Positions 25,730 to 35,800 of a DNA stretch of 64,000 nt are shown here, piece by piece. The stretch lies in NCBI RefSeq assembly GCF_963921235.1, contig NC_086115.1:39804001-39868000 (forward strand), read 5' to 3'. How positions within the stretch are numbered: position 1 is the stretch's first letter; every line of letters begins with the position of its first letter. The notes below the pieces were generated by a model. The model was not told the DNA's origin. It saw only the letters and a program-made list of their open reading frames with translations, and made no database searches. Made by a program: the position numbers and the translations under genes. This DNA is from Mobula hypostoma (Eukaryota).

Positions 25730-26922
25730 TGCCATTGCTGCTCTGCTGTCATCCCTGCCAGCATCTCCTTCCAATTTACTTTGGCCATCTCCTCTCTCGT
25801 ACCACTGTAATTTCCACTGAAATACTGCTATGTCAGACTTTATTTTCTGCCTATCAAATTTCAAGTTGAATTTAATCATATTGTGATCTCTGCCTCCTTA
25901 AGCTCCCTGATGACCTGCAGTTTATTACATAACACCCAATCCAGTATAGCTGATCCTCTCGTAGGCTGAACGACAAACTGCTCTAAAAAGACATCTCATA
26001 GCTATTCAAGAAACTCACGTTCTTGAGACCCATTTCCAACCTGATTGTCCCAATCAACCTGCATGTTGAAATCACCCATAACTATCATAACATTGACCTG
26101 TAATCTGTGGTCCTCATCCCAGCCACTGTTGGGAGGCCTGTATATATCTACCATAAGGGTCCTTTTACCCTTGCAGTTTCTTAACTCAACCCACAAGGAT
26201 TCAACTTCTTGTGATCCTATGCTACATCTTTCTACTGATCTGATGCCATCTTTTACTGCCACCCCCTCTGCCAATCTTCCTGTTCCTCTGATACAATGTG
26301 TAACCTTGGATATTCAGCTCCCAACTACACCATCCTTCAGCCACGATTCAGTAGTGGCCACAACATTGTACCTGACAATCTGTAATAGTGCAACAAGATC
26401 ATCCACCTTATCTCTTATACTCCATGCATTGAGATACATCAACTTTCAGTAACGCATTTGCTTCCCTTTTTGATTCTGCATCCCTAATGCACAGGTACTC
26501 ACCCTGCTGGCTGCAGGTTCTGTCCTTTCAACTGTCTGTCCTTCCTGATAGTCTGACTGCAAGCTATCTTTGCTTTTTTTTTACCATCCTATCCTGAGTC
26601 CCTTCATTTCGATTCCCAACCCCCTGCCAAATTAGTTTAAACCCTTCCCAGCAGCTCCAACAAATCTGCCCATGAGAATATTGGTTCCCCTCGGGTTCAG
26701 GTGCAACCCCTCACTTTTGTACAGGTCATTCCTCCCCCAGAAGGGATCCCAATGATCGAAGAACCCGAAGCCCTGCACCTGGCACCAGCTTCTCAGCCAC
26801 ACATTAATCTGCCAAATCATCAGGTGGCACAGGTAGCAATCCCGAAATTATTACCTGAGAGGAACATACATCAAAGTTGCTGGTGAACGCAGCAGGCCAA
26901 GCAGCATCTGTAGGAAGAGGTG

Positions 26923-26960
26923 CAGTTGACGTTTCAGGCCGAGACCCTTCGTCAGGACTA
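26923..26960 (-). ncRNA. Minimal type-I hammerhead ribozyme motif (left arm)
   Basis: Exact reverse complement of 29729-29766: uaguc-CUGACGA-agggucucggccu-GAAA-cg-UC-aacug. Confidence 0.8.
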
Positions 26961-27256
26961 ACTGAAGGAAGAGTGAGTAAGGGATTTGAAAGTTGGAGGG
27001 GGAGGGGGAGATGCAAAATGATAGGAGAAGACAGGAGGGGGAGGGATAGAGCCAAGAGCTGGACAGGTGATTGGCAAAAGGGGATACGAGAGGATCATGG
27101 GACAGGAGGTCCGGGAAGAAAGACAAGGGCGGGGGGGGGACCCAGAGGATGGGCAAGAGGTATATTCAGAGGGACAGAGGGAGAAAAAGGAGAGTGAGAG
27201 AAAGAATGTGTGCATAAAAATGAGTAACAGATGGGGTACGAGGGGGAGGTGGGGCC

Positions 27257-28877
27257 TTAGCGGAAGTTAGAGAAGTTGATGTTCATGCCATCAGGTTGGA
27301 GGCTACCCAGACGGAATATAAGGTGTTGCTCCTCCAACCTGAGTGTGGCTTCATCTTTACAGTAGAGGAGGCCGTGGATAGACATGTCAGAATGGGAATG
27401 GGATGTGGAATTAAAATGTGTGGCCACTGGGAGATCCTGCTTTCTCTGGCGGACAGAGCGTAGATGTTCAGCAAAGCGGTCTCCCAGTCTGCGTCGGGTC
27501 TCGCCAATATATAAAAGGCCACATCGGGAGCACCGGACGCAGTATATCACCCCAGTCGACTCACAGGTGAAGTGATGCCTCACCTGGAAGGACTGTTTGG
27601 GGCCCTAAATGGTGGTAAGGGAGGAAGTGTAAGGGCATGTGTAGCACTTGTTCCGCTTACACGGTTAAGTGCCAGGAGGGAGATCAGTGGGGAGGGATGG
27701 GGGGGACGAATGGACAAGGGAGTTGTGTAGGGAGCGATCCCTGCGGAATGCAGAGAGAGGTGGGGAGGGAAAGATGTGCTTAGTGGTGGGATCCCGTTGG
27801 AGGTGGCGGAAGTTACGGAGAATAATATGTTGAACCCGGAGGCTGGTGGGGTGGTAGGTGAGGACCAGGGGAACCCCATTCCTAGTGGGGTGGTGGGAGG
27901 ATGGAGTGAGAGCAGATGTATGTGAAATGGGGGAGATGCGTTTAAGAGCAGAGTTGATAGTGGAGGAAGGGAAGCCCCTTTCTTTTAAAAAGGAAGACAT
28001 CTCCCTTGTCCTAGAATGAAAAGCCTCATCCTGAGAGCAGATGCGGCGAAGACGGAGGAATTGCGAGAAGGGGATGGCGTTTTTGCAAGAGACAGGGTGA
28101 GAAGAGGAATAGTCCAGATAGCTGTGAGAGTCAGTAGGCTTATAGTAGACATCAGTGGATAAGCTGTCTCCAGAGACAGAGACAGAAAGATCTAGAAAGG
28201 AGAGGGAGGTGTCGGAAATGGACCAGGTAAACTTGAGGGCAGGGTGAAAGTTGGAGGCAAAGTTAATAAAGTCAACGAGTTCTGCATGCGTGCAGGAAGC
28301 AGCGCCAAGGCAGTCGTCGATATAGCGAAGGAAAAGTGGGGGACAGATACCAGAATAGGCACGGAACATAGATTGTTCCACAAACCCAACAAAAAGGCAG
28401 GCATAGCTAGGACCCATACGGGTGCCCATAGCTACACCTTTAGTTTGGAGAAAGTGGGAGGAGCCAAAGGAGAAATTATTAAGAGTAAGGACTAAATCCG
28501 CTAGACGGAGCAGAGTGGTGGTAGAGGGGAACTGATTAGGTCTGGAATCCAAAAAGAAGCGTAGAGCTTTGAGACCTTCCTGATGGGGGATGGAAGTATA
28601 TAAGGACTGGACATCCATGGTTAAAATAAAGCGGTGGGGGCCGTTTAAGAGTTTAAGAGCGTGAGAAGTGTCACGAACATAGGTCGGAAGGGATTGAACA
28701 AGGGGTGATAAAACAGTGTCGAGGTATGCAGAAATGAGTTCGGTGGGGCAGGAGCAAGCTGAGACAATAGGTCGGCCAGGACAGGCAGGTTTGTGGATCT
28801 TGGGTAGGAGGTAGAAACGGGAAGTGCGGGGTGTGGGAACTATAAGGTTGGTAGCAGTGGATGGGAGATCCCCTGAG
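27257..28877 (-). pseudogene. PLE reverse transcriptase + Cys-rich linker + GIY-YIG endonuclease, 5'-truncated, two premature in-frame stops
   Basis: RT motifs 'FYLLPKIHK..GRPIVS', 'MDVQSLYTSI', 'GVAMGTRMGPSYA', 'RYIDD', 'FLDLSV'. ORFs 27665-28948 and 27257-27583 are in the same frame and linked by 'T*PCKRNKCYTCPYTSSLTTI*GPKQSFQ'; EN motif 'GVIYCVRC..C..LYIGET.R...RFAEH'. Confidence 0.95.
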
Positions 28878-29051
28878 TGCAAACGGGAAGTGCGGGGTGT
28901 GGGAACTATAAAGTTGGTAACGGGAAGTGCGCTCAGGGGATCTCCCATCCACTGCTATCAACCTTATAGTTCCCACACCCTGCACTTCCCGTTTGCGCTC
29001 AGGGGATCTCCCATCCACTGCTAAAGCGGAACTTTAGCACTGTAAGCGGAA
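28815..29051. repeat. Mosaic of short direct and inverted copies at the inversion junction
   Basis: 63-nt unit 28815-28877, partial direct copies 28881-28919 and 28920-28931, inverted copies 28932-28994 and 28998-29023, then fragments of the 27640-27662 region. Confidence 0.92.
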
Positions 29052-29105
29052 TGCCCTTACACTTCCTCCCTTACCACCATTCAGGGCCCCAAACAGTCCT
29101 TCCAG

Positions 29106-29432
29106 GTGAGGCATCACTTCACCTGTGAGTCGACTGGGGTGATATACTGCGTCCGGTGCTCCCGATGTGGCCTTTTATATATTGGCGAGACCCGACGCAG
29201 ACTGGGAGACCGCTTTGCTGAACATCTACGCTCTGTCTGCCAGAGAAAGCAGGATCTCCCAGTGGCCACACATTTTAATTCCATATCCCATTCCCATTCT
29301 GACATGTCTATCCACGGCCTCGTCTACTGTAAAGATGAAGCCACACTCAGGTTGGAGGAGCAACACCTTATATTCCGTCTGGGTAGCCTCCAACCTGATG
29401 GCATGAACATCGACTTCTCTAACTTCCGCTAA
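29106..29432 (+). pseudogene. GIY-YIG endonuclease domain, inverted duplicate arm (no RT, no genuine start)
   Basis: 108-aa ORF differing from 27257-27583 at four residues. Confidence 0.93.
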
Positions 29433-29728
29433 GGCCCCACCTCCCCCTCGTACCCCATCTGTTACTCATTTTTATGCACACATTCTTTCTCTCACTCTCC
29501 TTTTTCTCCCTCTGTCCCTCTGAATATACCTCTTGCCCATCCTCTGGGTCCCCCCCCCACCCTTGTCTTTCTTCCCGGACCTCCTGTCCCATGATCCTCT
29601 CGTATCCCCTTTTGCCTATCACCTGTCCAGCTCTTGGCTCTATCCCTCCCCCTCCTGTCTTCTCCTATCATTTTGGATCTCCCCCTCCCCCCCCAACTTT
29701 CAAATCCCTTACTCACTCTTCCTTCAGT

Positions 29729-29766
29729 TAGTCCTGACGAAGGGTCTCGGCCTGAAACGTCAACTG
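29729..29766 (+). ncRNA. Minimal type-I hammerhead ribozyme motif (right arm)
   Basis: CTGACGA 29734-29740, stem II agg/cct, GAAA 29754-29757, palindromic ACGT in place of stem III, predicted cleavage after C29761, imperfect stem I tagtc/aactg. Confidence 0.8.
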
Positions 29767-29861
29767 CACCTCTTCCTACAGATGCTGCTTGGCCTGCTGC
29801 GTTCACCAGCAACTTTGATGTATGTTGCTTGAATTTCCAGCATCTGCAGAATTCCTGTTGT

Positions 29862-30545
29862 TTACTTGAGAGGTCCTGCTTCTCACCTTTCTATCCAGCT
29901 CCCTAAATTCTCTTTTCAGGACCTTTTGCTTTTCTTTCCTATGTCATTGGTACTAATATGTACCAAGACATCTGACTGCTCTACCTCCCTCTCTAAAATG
30001 TTTACGCGATCTGAAACATTCTTGACACTGGCACCTGGGAGGCAACATACCAGCCGGGTGTCCTGTTCTTGTCCACAGAATCTCCTGTCTGTTCCCTTGC
30101 CTATTGAGTCCCCTATCACTACCACTCTCCTCTTCTCCCTTGTTACCTTCTGCACCACGAACCCATGCTCAGTGCCAGTAACCCGGTCTCTGTGGCATTC
30201 AGTTGGGAGGTCATCCCCCACAATAGTATCCAAAGTGGTACACTTATGATTGAGGGGAATGGCCACAAGGGTGCTTCGCGCTAACTGCCTATTCACATTT
30301 CCTTTTCTCTTGACAGTGACCCAGTTACTAGCCTCCTGCAACTTCAGGGTGACTGTTTCCCTGAAACTCTAATCAATTATCTCCTCACTCTCCTGTACAA
30401 GCTGAAGGTCATCCAGCTGCTGCTCCAGATCCCTAACACGGTCTTCAAGGAGCTGCAGCCTGATGCACTTCACACAGATGTAGTTCCCTGTGAGACTCAA
30501 GGTCTCCCAGTACTCCAGCATCCAGCATGAACACACAACGGCCAT
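29862..30545 (-). pseudogene. CR1 ORF1 (zinc finger/coiled coil + SGNH esterase), N-terminal part; continues at ~26630-26862
   Basis: ATG at 30545 'MAVVCSCWMLEYWET..YICVKCIRLQLLEDRVRDLEQQL', then 'VVIGDSI', 'CCLPGA', 'VHISTND'; beyond the PLE 'VIISGLLPV' and 'LYKSEGLHLN'. Confidence 0.9.
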
Positions 30546-30880
30546 TTACTGCACTAGGCACAGCAAGAGAGAAAAAAAGGGAACCTTTCACAGAAACTTA
30601 GCCAGAGATAACTCCTCTTTTGAGCTAAAGCCCCCTTTGAGACAAAGCCTGACACCCCTACTCTCACCACTGGCCTACTTCTAATAATGGCCACCCTGCT
30701 TGTCCCTCCTATACTTTTAAACAAGCGTCACCAACCTGCAAGAAACCTCACTGGTGTGGGCTGCTCCTGCCACTGATTGGTCTGTCGGAATATATGCTTG
30801 CATTGGTACACAGAAGAGTTATATATTTCAAAGCTGAAATTACATTTTTTATTGAAGTATGTATACATTATACAACCTTG

Positions 30881-31534
30881 AGATTAGATTAGATTAGATT
30901 ATGAGGACAAGCAGTCCTCTTTTATTGTCATTTAGTAATGCACGCATTAAGAAATGATACAATGTTTCTCCAGAATGATATCACAGAAACACATGACAAA
31001 CCGACTGAAAAACTGACAAAAACCACATAATTATTACATAGTTACAACAGTGCAAAACAATACCATAATTTGATAAGAACAGACCATGGGCACGGTAAAA
31101 AGTCTTAAAGTCTCTCGAAGGTCCCATCATCTCACGCAGTCGGTGAACCTCCAGTGCCGCAAACTTGCCGATGCAGCATCCTGGAAGCACCCGACCACAG
31201 TCCAACTCCGAGTCCGTCCGAAAACTTCGAGCCTCCGATCAGCTCTCCGACACCGAGCACCGAGCACCATCTCTGCCAAGCGCTTCGGCCCCGACCCCGG
31301 CCACAGGCAGTAGGCAAAGCCAAGGATTTGGGGCCTTCCCCTCTGGAGATTTTCAATCGCACAGTAGCAGCGGCAGCGAAGCGGGCATTTCAGAAGTTTC
31401 TCCAGGTGTTCCTCTGTGCTTCTCACAGCTGTCTCCATCAAATCAGGATTGTGCACGGCCCCCTAGTTAACACATACGATATTATTCGGAACGACCGTGC
31501 ATGCTGTGTCACACCGCCATCTTCTCCTTCCTCC
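30881..31534 (-). mobile_element. ~650-bp non-autonomous retroposon, copy 1, (atcta)n 3' tail
   Basis: Minus strand starts ggaggaaggagAAGATGGCGg and ends ..cataatctaatctaatctaatct; CpG-rich body; collinear with 32203-32823. Confidence 0.8.
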
Positions 31535-31634
31535 TTTGTTAGGATTTTCCAGAGGTAGTGTTGGCTTATCATTGCCATGCCTGTATTAAGTCGTCCACAT
31601 GTTCGAAGTATTTGAGAGTGTTGTTATCTGTTAA

Positions 31635-31828
31635 AAGACCATAAGACATAGAAGCAGAATTAGGCCATTCAGCCCATCGAGTTGGCTTCACTACTCCATC
31701 ATGCCTGATTTATTATCCCTCTCAGCCCCAGTCTCCTGACATCTCCCCGTAACTGTTGACACCCATACTTATCAAGAACCTATCAAGCTCCGCTTTGAAT
31801 ATACCCAATGACTTGGGCTCCACAGTAA
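31635..31828 (-). mobile_element. CR1 3' tail fragment
   Basis: 'agaccataagacatagaagcagaattaggccattcagccc', same as 23410-23610. Confidence 0.85.
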
Positions 31829-31869
31829 TTTGATACTGTCCTGTAAGCCTTGGTCTTTGAGCCAGGGTA

Positions 31870-32190
31870 TGAGATCTTGAGATTGCATACAGATCATTCT
31901 CTTATTGCTTCAGTGAACAAGTCAACAATAAATTGTAGATCAACGCCACAAAGGTTGTCTGCATACTGTAGATCTAACTGAGATCTGGGTGACCTAGGAT
32001 GAAGAGGTTTGGTGACGAGATGGCACAATTTCTCATTTGTTCTGTAGAATATCCCATACAGTTGGGAGCTTGTGGGAAGTAGTGAAATTTTGCCACAAGG
32101 AAGATAAGAAAGAGGGTCAGACAATGACACAGCCTTGTTTGACCCTGTTCTCTGTGGGTATTGAGTCTGAGGTGGGCCTGTTGATTGGAG
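31870..32190 (-). pseudogene. RTE-clade LINE RT fragment
   Basis: '..VKQGC' (32130-32150) and 'GIFYRTNEKL..DLQYADN..LQFIVDLFTEA' correspond to RTE RT motifs (QG, YADD). Confidence 0.7.
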
Positions 32191-32202
32191 TCATATTTGT
32201 TT

Positions 32203-32823
32203 TAGATTATGAAGACACGTAGTCCCCTTTTATTGTCATTTAGTAAGGCATGCATTCAGAAATGATACATTATTTCCTCCGGTGTGATATCACAAAACAC
32301 AGGACAAACCAAGACTGAAAAAACTGACAAAACCACATAATTATATATATAGTTATAAACAGTGTAACAATACCATAACTTAATGAAGAAAGTCCGTGAG
32401 CACAGTGAAGTTCAAAGTTTCTCAAATGTCCCACATCTCACGCAGACGGGAGAAGGAAGAAAAACTCTCCCTGCTATGCCGACCACAATCCGACTCTGAG
32501 TCATCCGAAAACTTCAAGCTCTGATCAGCTCTCTGACACCGAGTACTGAGCGCCATCTCTGTCTGAATGATTCGACCTCCTTCTCGGTCGCCAAAAGCAG
32601 GCAAGGTCGGGGATTTTGAGGCCTACCCTCCGAAAGATTCACGACCACACAGTAACGACAGCAGCGAATGAGCTTTTCAGAGATTTCTCCAGATGCTGCT
32701 CTGTGCTTTCACGTCCATTCCCCATCAAATCAGAATTGTCCACTGTCCCTATTTAACGGATACGGTATCATTTTCACCAGAGAGCTGCGCACACGCGGTG
32801 CACTGCCATCTTCTCCTCCCGCC
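32203..32823 (-). mobile_element. ~620-bp non-autonomous retroposon, copy 2
   Basis: Shares 'tagattatga.gaca...agtcc.cttttattgtcatttagtaa', 'aaaactgacaaaaccacataatta', 'gccatcttctcct' with copy 1. Confidence 0.8.
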
Positions 32824-35800
32824 AAATTTTGCATGATATCATGAGCAGGCCTACATTTCTAAAGGAATATAATATCACCAATTCTCCACAAACACTTCTC
32901 GTGGATTTGAATAAAAAGACCCATGTGACATGAGCTGATCTGAACTCAAGCTGGTGAGTTACAAACGTAATGCTGAAGAATTTATACAGCTCATTTCTCC
33001 ACTCATTCAACTGGTGGCCAGTGGGTGGAGTCACGTCAATAAAAAGAACAGGATGAGATTTATGCTTGCTGTCTGATAATACGAATCAGTGCAACACTAT
33101 AACACATAATTGATTCCTGTGGCACTACCTATAAATAAAAATAGAACTGAATGAGAGATTCGGGCTTTAATTGCAAAACAGAAAGAGGACAATAATGCGG
33201 TAATGATGGACATACTGTCCCTTCACCAATATTTTTCCCAAAGTTTCTGCTGGGAGCAGATTAGCCAGTGTGAATGCATTCAGACTCTTGCTGATCTCTG
33301 AAAGTCAAGGTCTGTGATGTACAGAGAATCCATTTCAACTTCCTACTGGGTAGAATGATTGTCATGGCTACGTCACAAGCCGAAACATAATGGCAACAGA
33401 AAACTTCACCAAGTATTCATTGAGCATGTTTAACTTGCCTTTCCATGTATTGGTGAACTTCGAAACCATTACAGAATGGTAGGGGGATTGAAAGGGAACT
33501 AGAGAGAGAGGTACAGGAACATGAGTAAGCTTTTAACTTATTAATAGTAACTGTGGATGGGCCAAGTCCACTTTAACCTCTATGAAACGGATCCGTGCCC
33601 TCTGAGGATGTGTGAGCTTAGGTAGCTAAGTGACTCCAAGCTGGCTAAGTAAGAGAGTAGCCCAGAAGCTATCTAGCTAAGAAAAATGTCAGTCTAAAGA
33701 AAGGGTCAGCAGGACAGGTCAAATCACAATTTTAAAGATGGAGGAGTAGCTTGCCAAACAGAGCAGCAGCCCGACATCATCCTTGTCAACACAGTTTTGG
33801 AGTTGTTCACATGGAAGATCCAGGAGTGTTGCGGAAAGGGGTGGAGAAGGAACAATATGGCTGGTGGTGTCTCTTGTCTTCATGAAATGAAATCCAAATC
33901 AAGAGGGTTAACTTTAAGTTACACCAACTGATAAGTCTTGAAAATAGCTGCTTTCACGTGAGAGGTGGAAAACTAATAGATGCATTTATACAAAAGGAAA
34001 TTTATTAGAAAACTATGCAGATCTGAGGATGTTGAAATATAGGAAGAGAAAGACTAGGAAGGGGACTGAAGGAGTGGAAACTCAATTGGTATGGGGAAAT
34101 GGGGGAAAGTGGAGGCAGTATTTTATTCCATTCAGCACAATATTTATATGTGCTGTGAGAATGACTTTCTTAGAAAAACTGTCCACGAGAAGTGAAGAAA
34201 TGCCTCCTTATGTATTAGGAATTTTGTCAAATCAGGGATTTTCACTTTAAGTCCACTTGTGTATAATACTCCACCAACACATGGGTCAACTGGACTTGTG
34301 AAATGAAGCAGAACAAGACATTGACTGCTACTTCTATAAATTTCACCAACACATACGTTGCCTGCAGCAGGTCCTGAACTCAAAGGAGAGGAAAATCTAG
34401 GTCTAGGAAGAAACAAGAAAATCTGTAATCTCAAGGCACAGTTAAATAGTGAGTTTATGGACTGAGGAAGGAGAGCTGTTCCACAACTGAAACTAAAGTA
34501 ATCATAATGTGTTCTACATGGGGAAAAGTTTTGAAGGGTTAATTTTGATTTTATATCATAATGCAAAACTGGAGGTAGTGAAATTCTCCTGATACCTATA
34601 TTCTTTAAAGACAATGGGAAAGATGTAAAATGGTCTTGATGATTTGTTATCTTGCATTTTATGCTTTTGTACAAACAAAATAATCCCCGATGTAAGACAG
34701 AACATAAAGTTTTAATGATTCTGCTTCAGTTTCTTGTGTTTATTGCATTACAAATATTATATTAAAGGTATACATTGAAATAACTCCAAAATCAACAGAG
34801 CTGCTGAAAAGGCAGCAGGGATTTGATTAGTCCTGATGAATTTTTTTTTAACCTTGCAATGAAATTTTAATTTGTCTTTACTGGTCAAAACTTATATACT
34901 CTAAAAACAAAACTTATTTCTCACAGACCCATTGGACATATTGGAATAGCATGAGATACAAAACCTAATTTTACACTGAATTGAAGTGGATAGCAGACCC
35001 CAGTATCAAATTTCCTTATCTCAAAATTAGGCTCTAGCCCTCCCAAGTGTAGACAAATTCTAAATAGAAAAGACATTTTATGCCAAATTATAAAGCTTTG
35101 TTTGCCCCACTTACATCAGGTCAAGAAATATCTTAATTCAAGGAAGACCAAACAGACAAAATCATTCTTATGAGCCAATGTGATACATTTATCAAACCAT
35201 GTAAATAACTATACTGGGTGGCTGTAGTTGCTGTTACAGTCTCCAGGAGATTTTCATAAAGTTCGGCTCAACTATTCAACAAGCAGAAGAGAAAGGTAAA
35301 TCTGTTTACATCTCTTTTTCACTTATAATGGAACAATTGCTTGATTCCTATTACAATTCCTCGATTACAGTCCCAATCAATGGTGAACCTACCTGCAGAT
35401 CACCATATTCTGAGAATAAACATTAGCATTTTTCTTTGCATACATATGTATTTTAAGGAAAAAGAAAGAAGGAACTAAGGGTGTAAGTAAAGCAAATTAG
35501 TAAAGTGAGATATTTTCCCATTTGTGGATATTGGTGCATAATGTTTGCATGATTCAAAATAAAATAATAGTGTGTGTTATGATATATTTAATATTTTGTA
35601 AAGAGAACTTAATGCACATATATAACTATTTGAAAGGAGAAAGGAGAGAAAAATTAAATGAAGGTACATAGCTAATAGTGCAAGCATAGATACTTAACTT
35701 GGGACAGTGGAGTAAAATGGACAATATTGAGTTTGTTTCTATTATAAACCTCATTTAATGCTCTTTTCCTCTGGAATCTGTACACCTCCTGCCTAATGCT

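Larger units (their letters stand above)
26863..29861. mobile_element. Fold-back Penelope-like retroelement (Neptune-type), single insertion with 12-bp TSD
   Basis: Minus-strand RT-EN-pLTR joined 5'-to-5' to a plus-strand EN-pLTR copy; TSD ttac(c/t)tgagagg at 26851-26862 / 29862-29873; removing it restores the CR1 ORF1 sequence. Confidence 0.95.
23410..30790 (-). mobile_element. Near-full-length decayed CR1 LINE (5' UTR, esterase ORF1, APE-RT ORF2), hosting a SINE and the fold-back PLE
   Basis: ORF2 peptides 'ESLWVEL..DIYRPPN..VMGDFN' (APE), 'NYRPVSLTSVIGKMLE', 'KSCLMNLLEFF..DVVYLDFQKAFDKVP', 'PHLEYC..WSPHLRKD'; 3' tail at 23410 'ataagaccatcagacataggagcagaattaggcc'. Confidence 0.95.

Noticed and set aside
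26804-27270. Overlapping 67-106-aa ORFs in both PLE arms (also 29419-29906)
   Set aside because: By-products of the low-complexity purine/pyrimidine-skewed pseudo-LTR; duplicated only because the arms are inverted copies.
28878-28948. N-terminus of the 427-aa ORF as the real RT start
   Set aside because: It is produced by the junction duplications (repeated 'IVPTPRTSR'); the element is 5'-truncated at ~28877.
31086-31558. Cluster of GC-rich ORFs on both strands
   Set aside because: Not conserved in the second copy of the same repeat (32203-32823); expected from GC content.
34144-34674. 176-aa minus-strand ORF
   Set aside because: No recognisable domain, composition typical of AT-rich non-coding DNA, no convincing splice-bounded coding frame.
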